A stretch of DNA of 64,000 nt from Acidobacteriota bacterium. GTDB lineage: Bacteria; Acidobacteriota; JAAYUB01. Positions 22,291 through 30,928 of this stretch are shown here, in pieces. A program made the translations under genes and the position numbers. How positions within the stretch are numbered: the stretch's first letter is position 1; each line of letters starts with the position of its first letter. The notes below the pieces were generated by a model, which was given only the letters and a program-made list of their open reading frames with translations, did no database searches and had not been told where the DNA came from. The stretch covers positions 784 through 64,783 of the forward strand of contig JAGNHB010000017.1 in NCBI GenBank assembly GCA_018001935.1. The letters run 5' to 3'.

Positions 22291-22640
22291 TTTCCCCCGC
22301 GCGCCGCCGGGGGTGAAGCGTGCTCCGAAGCACCCTTCCGGCCGGCGGCGCGCGGGGGAGGAGAATCATTATAACTACCTTTTCTACAAACATTTCACCC
22401 CTGACGGGGTGAGGACGCAGAGGGCATGATCCCGGCGGGGTGGAGACGCGGCAGGCACGCCCCACACGGGATGAGGACGCAGAGGGCATGATCCCGGCGG
22501 GGTGGAGACGCGGCAGGCACGCCCCACACGGGATGAGGACGCGGCAGGCACGATCCCGGTGGGTCGGGACGCGGCGGGCACGACCAATGCGCGGTGAAGA
22601 CACGAAAGGCCACGATCCGCACGGAACAAAGGGGTGGCGA
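22291..22640. repeat. Composite repeat copy B: GC palindrome + 31-bp TIR-like block ttctacaaacatttcacccctgacggggtga + ~7 degenerate 30-31-bp tandem units
   Basis: Contains tttcccccgcgcgccgccgg...ccggcggcgcgcggggg. The TIR is followed by contiguous units of consensus GGGTGAGGACGCGGCAGGCACGATCCCGGCG with no spacers. Confidence 0.7.
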
Positions 22641-22880
22641 GGTCGATTCAGGATCAGGACACCCACCCATTGCCGAGGGGGGCGTTCCGTGCTCATGAAG
22701 CTTTCGCAAAAGCGTTGCCCATTCACGCAAGACAGAGGGGGCGATCTCTCGAAACGTCGGCCGGGATAGGTATTGCTTTCCCCTCTGAAACAAGGTAACG
22801 TTACCTGTTTTGACGGTCCCGGGTCGCCCGCCCCGCCGGCCGGCCCGGGGACCGCCCCATCCGACCGCACGGAGACGTCC

Positions 22881-24203
22881 ATGAAGCGAATCATGACCGC
22901 GGCCGCGCCCCTGGTTCTCCTGGCCTGCCTGACCGCCGGGCTGGGCGCCCTGACACCGGACGAAGTCCGGCAGCACGACCTGCCCAACGGCCTGAAGGTG
23001 CTCCTGGTTCCCCGGCACAACATCCCCAGCGTCGCGCTGTACACCTTCTTCCGCGTCGGCTCGCGGAACGAGCGGGTCGGCCTGACGGGCGTGTCCCACT
23101 TCATCGAGCACATGATGTTCAACGGGTCGAAAAACGTGCCCCCCGGCGAGTTCGACCGGATCATGGAGTTCCACGGCGGGTCCAACAACGCCTACACCGG
23201 GGACGACATGACCGCCTACACCGACTGGTTCCCGCCCGAGGCCCTCGAGCCCATGATCCGAATCGAGGCCGACCGGATGCAGGGCCTGCGCTTCGACCCG
23301 AAGGTCCTGGAGTCCGAGCGGAGCGTGGTGGCCAACGAACGCCGGCTGACCACCGAGAACGACAACCGGAGCCTCCTCAACGAGCACCTCCGGGCCACCG
23401 CCATCATGGCGCACCCCTACCACTGGGACGTGATCGGGTGGATGAGCGACATCCTCTCCTGGCGCCGGGACGAGATCGTAGCCTACTACCGCACTTACTA
23501 CGCCCCCAACAACGCCGTGCTGATCCTGGTGGGGGATTTCGATCCCGCCAGGGCCATCGGCCTGATCCGGAAGCACTTCGGGGCCATCCGGCGCGTCCCG
23601 CCCCCGCCGCCGGTTTCCACCGTGGAACCGCCCCAGATGGGCATCCGCCGCGTGGTTGTCCGGAAGCAGTCCCAGGCGCCGCTCCTGATGCTGGCCTTCC
23701 GGGGCGTCGCCTGCACGGACAAGGACTTCCCCGCCCTCCAGGCGCTCGAATCCGCCCTCCTGGACGGGGAGAGCAGCCGCCTCTACCGCCGCCTGGTCTG
23801 GCAGGAGCAGTCCGCCCTGTCGGTTCGGGGCGGCATCGAGGAGAACCTCGACCCCTACCTCTTCACCATCGTCGTCCAGCCCAAACCCGGCGCCGACCTG
23901 GCCCTCGTCGAGCGGCAGGTCCTCGAGGAGATCGAGAAGGTGCGCACGGACGGCGTGTCGGAGCGGGAAGTCCAGAAGGCCGTCAACGGCATCCGCTCGG
24001 CCCACTACCGGCGGCTCCAGAGCCAGGCCGACATCGCCAACGCCCTGGGGAGGGCGGAACTGCTCCACGGCGACTGGAAGAAGCTCTTCGATTTTTCCGC
24101 CCGGTACGACAAGCTCGGGCCCGAAGCCGTCCGCGGGGCCGCGGCCCGGTACCTGGTGGAGGACGCCCTGACGGTGGGCACGCTGATCCCCAAGGAGAAC
24201 TGA
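22881..24203 (+). CDS. M16 (pitrilysin) family zinc peptidase, active subunit with HxxEH
   Basis: Signal peptide MKRIMTAAAPLVLLACL. Has the HFIEHMMFNGS inverted zincin motif. Confidence 0.85.
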   Translation: MKRIMTAAAPLVLLACLTAGLGALTPDEVRQHDLPNGLKVLLVPRHNIPSVALYTFFRVGSRNERVGLTGVSHFIEHMMFNGSKNVPPGEFDRIMEFHGGSNNAYTGDDMTAYTDWFPPEALEPMIRIEADRMQGLRFDPKVLESERSVVANERRLTTENDNRSLLNEHLRATAIMAHPYHWDVIGWMSDILSWRRDEIVAYYRTYYAPNNAVLILVGDFDPARAIGLIRKHFGAIRRVPPPPPVSTVEPPQMGIRRVVVRKQSQAPLLMLAFRGVACTDKDFPALQALESALLDGESSRLYRRLVWQEQSALSVRGGIEENLDPYLFTIVVQPKPGADLALVERQVLEEIEKVRTDGVSEREVQKAVNGIRSAHYRRLQSQADIANALGRAELLHGDWKKLFDFSARYDKLGPEAVRGAAARYLVEDALTVGTLIPKEN

Positions 24204-24205
24204 CC

Positions 24206-25594
24206 ATGAAGAAGACCGCGAGCCTCTCCGCCCTTGCCCTCCTCGCCACCTTCACCCTCCGGGCCGGCGAGTTCCGCCTGCCCCCCCCGGAGGTCTTCAC
24301 CCTCGACAACGGGATGACCGTGCTCTACCGCCTCGACCGGACCGCCCCCCTGGTCAGCTTCCAGGCCATCCTCGGCGGCGCGGGGACGGCGGACGAGCCC
24401 CAGGGGAAGGAGGGCGTCGCCGGCCTGACCGCGGACCTGCTGCTCAAGGGGTGCGGCGGGAAGAGCGCCCAGGCCGTGGCGGAGGCCATCGACTTCATGG
24501 GGGCGTCCCTCACGATGAGCTCCGACGCCGAAAGTGCCCAGATGAGCGGCCTGTGCCTCCGGGAACACTTCCCCGTCCTGCTCGACCTCGCGTCCGCCGC
24601 CCTGACCACCCCCGATCTCCCCGCCGACGAGTTCGAGCGGGAGCGGGCCCGGCGCCGGGAGTCCTTCAAATCCCTCAAGGACGACGCCCACGCCGCCATC
24701 CGGCCCTACTTCATGAAGGCCTACTTCGCCGGGCACCCCCTCGGCCGCCTCGCCCTGGGCACCGAGGCCTCTCTCGGCGCGCTCGGGCCCGACGACGTCA
24801 AGGCGTTCTACAAGGCCTGCTACCGGCCCGACCGGATGATTCTCTGCGTGGTGGGCGACATTTCCCCGGACGACCTGAAGGCGGCCCTCGGGAGAACCCT
24901 GGGGACCTGGGCCCGGCCCGCCGCCCCCGCCGGGGCGCCGAGCCTCCCCGAGTTCCCGAAACCGTCCGGACGCCGGCTCCTGCTGGTGGACAAGCCGGAC
25001 CTCAACCAGAGCTTCTTCATCCTGGGCGGGCCCGGCTTCGCCTTCGGCGACCCCGTGGAACCCCGTGCGCAGGTCTTCAACACCCTGTTCGGCGACCGCT
25101 TCACGTCCTGGCTCAACACCGAGCTTCGCATCAAGCGCGGCCTCACCTACGGCGCCGGCAGCGCATTCCAGGGCTGGCGCAACGGCGGTCTCTTCACCAT
25201 CGCCTCCTACACGAAAAACGAGGACCTCGGCACGATGCTGGACATCACCCTCGACCTGATGAAGAAGGCGCGGGAGCAGGGCTTCGCCGCCGCCGACGTG
25301 GAGAGCGCCCGGAACTACATCCGGGGGCAGACCCCCCTGGACCTCGAGACCGCCGGCCAGCAGGCCGACGCCTACGCCCAGCTCCGCTTCTACGGGATCG
25401 GCTGGGATTACTTCGACCGCTTCCTCGCGGAAGTGTCCCGGGTGACGCCGGCCGCCGTCGCCGACGCGGCGAAGCGGCTGGTCCCCTCGGAGGACTTCAC
25501 CCTGGTGGTGCTGGGCAAGGCGGAGGCGGTCCTGCCGATCCTGGAGAAATACGGCAAGTTCGAGGTCCGCAAGATCTCCGACCCGGGCTTCTGA
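24206..25594 (+). CDS. M16 family peptidase, second (likely non-catalytic) subunit
   Basis: Starts 3 nt after the upstream stop. Signal peptide MKKTASLSALALLATF. M16 C-terminal-type domains, no HxxEH. Confidence 0.8.
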   Translation: MKKTASLSALALLATFTLRAGEFRLPPPEVFTLDNGMTVLYRLDRTAPLVSFQAILGGAGTADEPQGKEGVAGLTADLLLKGCGGKSAQAVAEAIDFMGASLTMSSDAESAQMSGLCLREHFPVLLDLASAALTTPDLPADEFERERARRRESFKSLKDDAHAAIRPYFMKAYFAGHPLGRLALGTEASLGALGPDDVKAFYKACYRPDRMILCVVGDISPDDLKAALGRTLGTWARPAAPAGAPSLPEFPKPSGRRLLLVDKPDLNQSFFILGGPGFAFGDPVEPRAQVFNTLFGDRFTSWLNTELRIKRGLTYGAGSAFQGWRNGGLFTIASYTKNEDLGTMLDITLDLMKKAREQGFAAADVESARNYIRGQTPLDLETAGQQADAYAQLRFYGIGWDYFDRFLAEVSRVTPAAVADAAKRLVPSEDFTLVVLGKAEAVLPILEKYGKFEVRKISDPGF

Positions 25595-25596
25595 AA

Positions 25597-25825
25597 GTAC
25601 GCGCCGCCTGCCGGGCGGCGCTTTGTCTTTCCCCTTGGCGCCTTCCGGCAGAAGGCGCCTACCGTACGCGCCGCCTGCCGGGCGGCGCTTTGTCTTTCCC
25701 TGGCGCCTTCCGGCAGAAGGCGCCTACTGTACGCGCCGCCTGCCGGGCGGCGCTTTGTCTTTCCCTGGCGCCTTCCGGCAGAAGGCGCCTACCGTACCCG
25801 CCGCCTGCCGGGCGGCGCACGTTCT
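25597..25825. repeat. Tandem array (3.5 x ~63 bp) of paired GC hairpins (gcgccgcctgccgggcggcgc and ggcgccttccggcagaaggcgcc)
   Basis: Direct near-perfect repeats begin 3 nt after the peptidase stop. Each unit has two perfect palindromes, and the first is followed by TTTGTCTTTCCC. Confidence 0.85.
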
Positions 25826-26069
25826 CCCCCCCGGGGACGGCGATCACCTTCGTGTGCAACCGCTGGACCCGGTCACCGGCGTGCACTTGGAGGAGATCCG
25901 TCTTTTGATATCTTTGGTTTCATGATCTGAAATGATTTCTTTCACACATCTTTTCTATTACAGGGCAAAGGAGAAAGCAAACCCGATAATCGTCTTGGCA
26001 AAACCAATACGCTGAGGGTGCTTCAGCCTACAGCCTAAACCCCTACAGCCTAAACCCCTACAGCCTACT

Positions 26070-27917
26070 TCAGTGCCCCCGGATCTCCGTCCAGGCCTTC
26101 GTCAGGGGGTCGAGAAAGCGGCCCACGTCATGGAAAAGCGGGTACTTCCCGAACCCCCCGCCGGGCGCGAAGAGGGTGGGGTGATCCCGCAGGTCCGGCG
26201 GGAGGAGCTTGAACGCCTCGGGGTTGGGCATGGCATAACAGATGAAGTTCATGTTGCGGGCCGAGACCTCGGGGCGGAGGAGGTAATTGATGAAGATCTC
26301 CACCTCCCTCGCGTTCTTCGAACTCCCGGGGATGCAGAAGTTGTCCACGAACATCTGGCACCCCTCCCGGGGGAAGGCCAACCTGAACCGCTTCGGGTCC
26401 TCCCGGCACAGCTTGACCCCCTCGCCGGACCACACCTGGGCGAGCCAGATCTCCCCCGAGCGGAGCATGTCCTTGAAGAGGGCGCTCTCGTACTTTCTAA
26501 GAAGCGGCTTCTGCTTCAGGAGCAGGGCCTTGGCCCGGGCGAGGTGGGCGGGGTCCGTGTCGTTGATGGAGTAACCGAGGAGCAGGTAGGCGACGGCGAA
26601 GACCGGCCGCATCTCGGCGACGAAGGTCATCCGTTCCCTGTAGGCGGGGTCCCAGAAGACCTTCCAGGAGTCCACCGGCTCCCGGACCTTGTCGGCGTTG
26701 TAGGCGATGGCCACGAGCCCCCACGCGTAGGGAACGTAGTACCGTCCGGAGGGGTCGAAGGAGAGGGCCCGGAAGCCGGGGTCCAGGTACCGGGCGTTGG
26801 GGATGTTCCCGAAGTCCAGCGGGCGCAGGTGCCCCTGCTTGATCATGATCTCCACGAAGTGGTCGCTGACCATCATCAGGTCCTCGGAGCAGGTGCCGGT
26901 GTCGAGCTTGGTGAGCAGTTCGTTGACGTCGCCGAAGTAGTCCATCACCACCTCGATCCCGGTCTCCTTCCGGAAATCCTCCAGGATCGACTCGTCGAAG
27001 TACTCCGAGTAGTTGGCGAAGTGGATCACCTTGTGCCGGGGGGCGGCCAGGCAGAGGAAGGCCACGAGCCCCGCGGTCAGGGTCAACAGGCCCCCCGTGA
27101 CCCAGCGAAGCTTTCCCTCGAGCCGATCCCGCTTCAGGGCGAGGAGCCCCCCGCCGGCCACGGCGGCGCAGGTCACGAGGATCAGGAGGGTGGAGACCGC
27201 GTTGATGGACGGGTTGATCCCGTACTTGAGCATGGAGTAGACCTTCAGGGGGAAGGTGGTGAACCCGGCCCCCGTGGTGAAGAAGGTCACGACGAAGTCG
27301 TCGATGCTGAGGGCGAAGGCGAAGAGGGCCGCCGAGACGATGCCGGCGGAGATGTTGGGCAGGACCACGTCGAAGAAGGCCCGGACCGGCCTCGCCCCGA
27401 GGTCCAGCGCCGCGTGCTCGATCTCCCGGTCGAAGTTGAGGACCGACGTGAGCACGATGATGATGACGAAGGAGAGGCTGAAGGTGACGTGGGCGCAGGT
27501 GACGGAGAGGAGCCCCAGGGGGAGGCGGATCACCATGAACAGGATGAGCAGCGCCACGCCGAAGACGATCTCGGGGAGGATGATGGGGATGTGCACCAGG
27601 TTCCGGAGCAGCGCCCGCCCCCGGAACCGGCGGGCCCCGATCGCCAGGGCGGCCAGGGTGCCCAGAACGGTGGAGATGAGGGTGCTCAGGACCGCCACCA
27701 GGAGCGAGTTCCGGACGGAGATCCACAGGGAGGTGTCCCGGAAGGCCTTCCCGTACCATTCCACGGAGAACCCGCCCCACTGGGTGACGTTTTTCGACGC
27801 GTTGAACGAGAACAGGATGAGCAGGACGAGGGGCGTCAGGAGGAAGAGGAGCCCGGCGAAGAAGAGCACCCGGACCCAGGGGCTTTGGCCGATGCGGAGG
27901 TCGTTGCGCCCGGACAC
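26070..27917 (-). CDS. Fused ABC polyamine transporter permease (PotC-like, 6 TM) + periplasmic substrate-binding protein (PotD-like)
   Basis: The N-terminal 270 aa form a permease with an EAA-like loop. The C-terminal 340 aa (HKVIHFANYSEYFDE...) form an SBP type 2 fold. A single 615-aa ORF. Confidence 0.75.
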   Translation of the reverse strand: MSGRNDLRIGQSPWVRVLFFAGLLFLLTPLVLLILFSFNASKNVTQWGGFSVEWYGKAFRDTSLWISVRNSLLVAVLSTLISTVLGTLAALAIGARRFRGRALLRNLVHIPIILPEIVFGVALLILFMVIRLPLGLLSVTCAHVTFSLSFVIIIVLTSVLNFDREIEHAALDLGARPVRAFFDVVLPNISAGIVSAALFAFALSIDDFVVTFFTTGAGFTTFPLKVYSMLKYGINPSINAVSTLLILVTCAAVAGGGLLALKRDRLEGKLRWVTGGLLTLTAGLVAFLCLAAPRHKVIHFANYSEYFDESILEDFRKETGIEVVMDYFGDVNELLTKLDTGTCSEDLMMVSDHFVEIMIKQGHLRPLDFGNIPNARYLDPGFRALSFDPSGRYYVPYAWGLVAIAYNADKVREPVDSWKVFWDPAYRERMTFVAEMRPVFAVAYLLLGYSINDTDPAHLARAKALLLKQKPLLRKYESALFKDMLRSGEIWLAQVWSGEGVKLCREDPKRFRLAFPREGCQMFVDNFCIPGSSKNAREVEIFINYLLRPEVSARNMNFICYAMPNPEAFKLLPPDLRDHPTLFAPGGGFGKYPLFHDVGRFLDPLTKAWTEIRGH

Positions 27918-27926
27918 GGCGTCCCC

Positions 27927-28778
27927 CTAGCTCGTCGCCCAGCGGTCGGCGTAGCGGAGGTAGAGGTAGACGAAGACCATGATCACGGCGATCAGGACGG
28001 TGGAGAGGGCCGACCCCAGCGGCCAGTTCCGCGCCACGGTGAACTGGTCGGTGATGACGTTGCCGATGAGGACATGGTTCTTCCCGCCCAGCACCTCGGG
28101 GATGATGAAGCAGCCCAGCGTGGGCACGAAGCAGAAGATCACGCCGGCGAAGACCCCTGGCAGGGCGCAGGGGAGGGTGACCCGCAGGAAGGTCCGGACC
28201 CGGCCGGCGCCCAGGTCCATGGAAGCCTCGATCCAGGACATGTCCATCCGGTCGAGGGAAGCGAAGATGGGCAGCACCATGAACGGGAGGTTCCAGTAGA
28301 GGAAGCCCAGGTAGAGCGAGAAGTCGGAGCGACCGAGTCGCAGGGGGGCGTCCGTGAGCCCCAGGGCGCCCAGCACCGTGTTGATCCACCCGCTTTCGGC
28401 GAAGAGGACGGTCATGGCGTAGAGCCGGATCATGAGGTTCGTGAAGAAGGGCACGATGAGGAGGAAGAGGAGCACGTACCTGGCCCGGCCGGCCCCGAAC
28501 GCCAGGAAATAGGCCATGGGGAAACCGGCCAGGAGCGTCAGGGCGGTGGCGAAGCCCGCCACGCCCAGCGACCGGACGAAAACGTTCAGGTAGAGCGGGT
28601 CGAAGGCGGCGCCGAAGTTCTTCAGCGTGAAGTCGAGCCGGACCCCGCCGTAGAGCTGGGGCTGGGACACGCTGAACACCCCGACGAGAAGCAGGGGGAG
28701 GACGAAGAAAACCGTCAGCCAGAAAAACGGCGGGAACAGGAGCGCCAGCCGGCGGCGGCCCTCGGGGTCCCTAGGCAT
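27927..28778 (-). CDS. potB: ABC transporter permease (PotB-like)
   Basis: 283 aa, 6 TM. Binding-protein-dependent transport inner-membrane motif region. Confidence 0.8.
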   Translation of the reverse strand: MPRDPEGRRRLALLFPPFFWLTVFFVLPLLLVGVFSVSQPQLYGGVRLDFTLKNFGAAFDPLYLNVFVRSLGVAGFATALTLLAGFPMAYFLAFGAGRARYVLLFLLIVPFFTNLMIRLYAMTVLFAESGWINTVLGALGLTDAPLRLGRSDFSLYLGFLYWNLPFMVLPIFASLDRMDMSWIEASMDLGAGRVRTFLRVTLPCALPGVFAGVIFCFVPTLGCFIIPEVLGGKNHVLIGNVITDQFTVARNWPLGSALSTVLIAVIMVFVYLYLRYADRWATS

Positions 28779-29850
28779 GGATCACCCGCCCCGAGGTCCG
28801 GCTCCAGAGGACGTTGACCGCCTCCCCCGCCTCGAAGAACCCCTCCCCCAGGGCCGAAAGGTAGTTCTGGACGTTCACGGAGACGACGTCCCCCGTGTTC
28901 AGCCGGATGTCGAAGACCGTGGTCTCCCCCAGGTAGACCGACCCCAGGATCTCCCCCTGCAGGGCGTTCTCGTAGGGCTCCGGCGGGAGAAGGCTGAGCT
29001 TGAGGCGCTCCGGCCGGAGGCAGAAGAGGACCTTGTCCCCGGCGGCGGCCCCCCCGGGGACGCTGAGGGTGACGGGGCAGGCGTCGAACAGGTCGATCCG
29101 GCAGGACCCCTCGTCCGCCGACCGCACCGTGCCCGGGAAAAAGTTCATGGAGCCGATGAAGCCCGCCGTGAAGACCGTGTCGGGCGACTCGTAGATCCCC
29201 CGGGGCGTGCCGGCCTGCTCCACCCGGCCCGCGTTCATCACCGCCACCCGGTCGGCCAGGGCCAGCGCCTCGGTCTGGTTGTGGGTCACGTAGACGAAGG
29301 TGATGCCCACCTGCTTCTGGAGGTCTTTCAGCTCGCGGCGCATCTGCTCGGAGATCTTCTTGTCCAGGGCGCTCATGGGCTCGTCCAGCAGGAGAACGGA
29401 CGGCTCGTTCACCAGGGCGCGCGCCAGGGCCACCCGCTGCTTCTGCCCGCCGGAGAGCTGGGAGGGCATCCGATCGTCGTAACCCGGGAGTTCCACCTGG
29501 GCGAGGGCCTTCGTCACCCGCTCCCGGATTTCCCCCTTCGGCTTTTTCCGGATCCGAAGCCCGTAGGCCACGTTGCCGTACACGTTCAGGTGGGGGAAGA
29601 GCGCGTAGTTCTGGAAGACCATGTTGACGTCGCGCCGGTAGGGCGGAAGCCTGGAAATGTCCTTTCCGTTCAGGAGGATTTCGCCGGCGTCCTGGTTTTC
29701 GAAGCCCGCGATCATCCGAAGGATGGTGCTCTTCCCGCAGCCGCTGGGCCCCAGGAGGCAGAAGAACTCCTGCTTCTCCAGGCGGAGGGAGACGCCGTCC
29801 ACCGCCACCGTCTTCCCGTAACGCTTGGTCAGGTTGCGGATTTCGAGCAT
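28771..29850 (-). CDS. potA: ABC transporter ATP-binding protein (spermidine/putrescine PotA-like) with C-terminal TOBE domain
   Basis: Walker [12 protein letters not shown], signature [15 protein letters not shown], Walker B LLLDEP. Start [12 protein letters not shown] with RBS GGGGAGGAA. Confidence 0.85.
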   Translation of the reverse strand: MLEIRNLTKRYGKTVAVDGVSLRLEKQEFFCLLGPSGCGKSTILRMIAGFENQDAGEILLNGKDISRLPPYRRDVNMVFQNYALFPHLNVYGNVAYGLRIRKKPKGEIRERVTKALAQVELPGYDDRMPSQLSGGQKQRVALARALVNEPSVLLLDEPMSALDKKISEQMRRELKDLQKQVGITFVYVTHNQTEALALADRVAVMNAGRVEQAGTPRGIYESPDTVFTAGFIGSMNFFPGTVRSADEGSCRIDLFDACPVTLSVPGGAAAGDKVLFCLRPERLKLSLLPPEPYENALQGEILGSVYLGETTVFDIRLNTGDVVSVNVQNYLSALGEGFFEAGEAVNVLWSRTSGRVIHA

Positions 29851-29928
29851 TTTCCTCCCCATCGAACCCGGGTGGATCGGATTATAACCACGAACCCCGC
29901 GAACCACACGAAAAAATCCGGCTCGCCG

Positions 29929-30327
29929 TCATCGTGCTGCGTCTAAATGGACGGCCGAACTGGGAAAGCAATCCAGCACCTGCTTGTCCAGGGTGACCAG
30001 ACGGGTCTTCGAAGCAATAGCCAACGCGACGAACTCGCAGTCATAGGCGGTGCATCCCGATCTCGCGGCCAGATCCAGGACTGCCCTTGAGGCCACCGGG
30101 TATTCCGAATTCCGCATCAGGGCCTCGGCATCCTCCATGACTTCCTGGGCCTCCTCCAAGCTCAACCCGCCCCGGCGCACGTAATGGCTCAGGACGTTCC
30201 GAAACTCGCTTCGCCATAGCAACGGGGCGATCCAATCGCCGTCAAATCGCCGCAGGGCCTCGGCGGACCGGGCATGTTCTCCCGCCAGTAGAAGAGCCGC
30301 GATGACGTTGGTATCGACCACGATCAC
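29929..30327 (-). CDS. vapC: PIN-domain toxin VapC
   Basis: MIVVDTNVIAALL... with the conserved D5. PIN acidic residues present. 132 aa. Confidence 0.8.
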   Translation of the reverse strand: MIVVDTNVIAALLLAGEHARSAEALRRFDGDWIAPLLWRSEFRNVLSHYVRRGGLSLEEAQEVMEDAEALMRNSEYPVASRAVLDLAARSGCTAYDCEFVALAIASKTRLVTLDKQVLDCFPSSAVHLDAAR

Positions 30328-30566
30328 GCTCGCCCCTCCCGCTTGGCTTGGGTGATTTCATCGTCCGAGAGCGGAAGCGACGCCGTCCGCTCTCGCCAGT
30401 GCCTGGCCTTGACCAGGATCTCTTCTTCGGACCCGAAACCCGGACCTTCCGCTTTCTCGAGGCAGACGATGACCTCGCTGTTGAGGCTGCGACGATGTAG
30501 CCGGGCTCGTTCCTTGAGGCGTTCGTACAACTCCGGGGGCAGGTTTTTTATGGTGAGTGTAGGCAT
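30324..30566 (-). CDS. vapB: VapB-like antitoxin (ribbon-helix-helix/plasmid-stability type)
   Basis: 81 aa, MPTLTIKNLPPELYERLKERARLHRRSLNSEV. 4-nt overlap with vapC. The ORF-track start at 30623 is an over-extension. Confidence 0.6.
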   Translation of the reverse strand: MPTLTIKNLPPELYERLKERARLHRRSLNSEVIVCLEKAEGPGFGSEEEILVKARHWRERTASLPLSDDEITQAKREGRA

Positions 30567-30659
30567 GTAAAAGCTCCCAAGCGAGAATACAACCATTTTG
30601 GTACCGAAGCGGAACCATGTCAACCCTTTTCCCCTTGATCGCCAGCCAATTGTGTTGCG

Positions 30660-30790
30660 TTCGCAAAAAGTCCTTTTCTCTCACAGAGGCACGGAGGCAC
30701 AGAGAAATGCGAATCGTATTTAATAGAATCAACAATCGTTACGATTCTTCTCCGTACCTCTGTGCCTCTGTGAGATCACAACCAAGACTT
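30660..30790. repeat. Long imperfect palindrome (~40-bp arms) around a low-GC core
   Basis: tcacagaggcacggaggcacagagaaatgcgaatcgta...tacgattcttctccgtacctctgtgcctctgtgag. Confidence 0.55.
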
Positions 30791-30928
30791 TTTGGACTGC
30801 TTTCTGAACAACCTGCCGAAAAAGCCCAAGACCGTCTCCTCCATGCTCGAAGCGTACAAGCCAGAGCGGCGCCACGAGGTGTGGCGCCGCAATCCAAAAG
30901 CTCGAAGACTCGCTGCCGTAAGCTAAAG

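Noticed and set aside
22410-22640. Possible CRISPR array: 30-31-bp repeats here and at 34852-35050 and 60460-60565
   Set aside because: The units are contiguous and degenerate with no intervening unique spacers. They are internal to a composite repeat element, and there are no cas genes. They are tandem minisatellite-like duplications of the element terminus.
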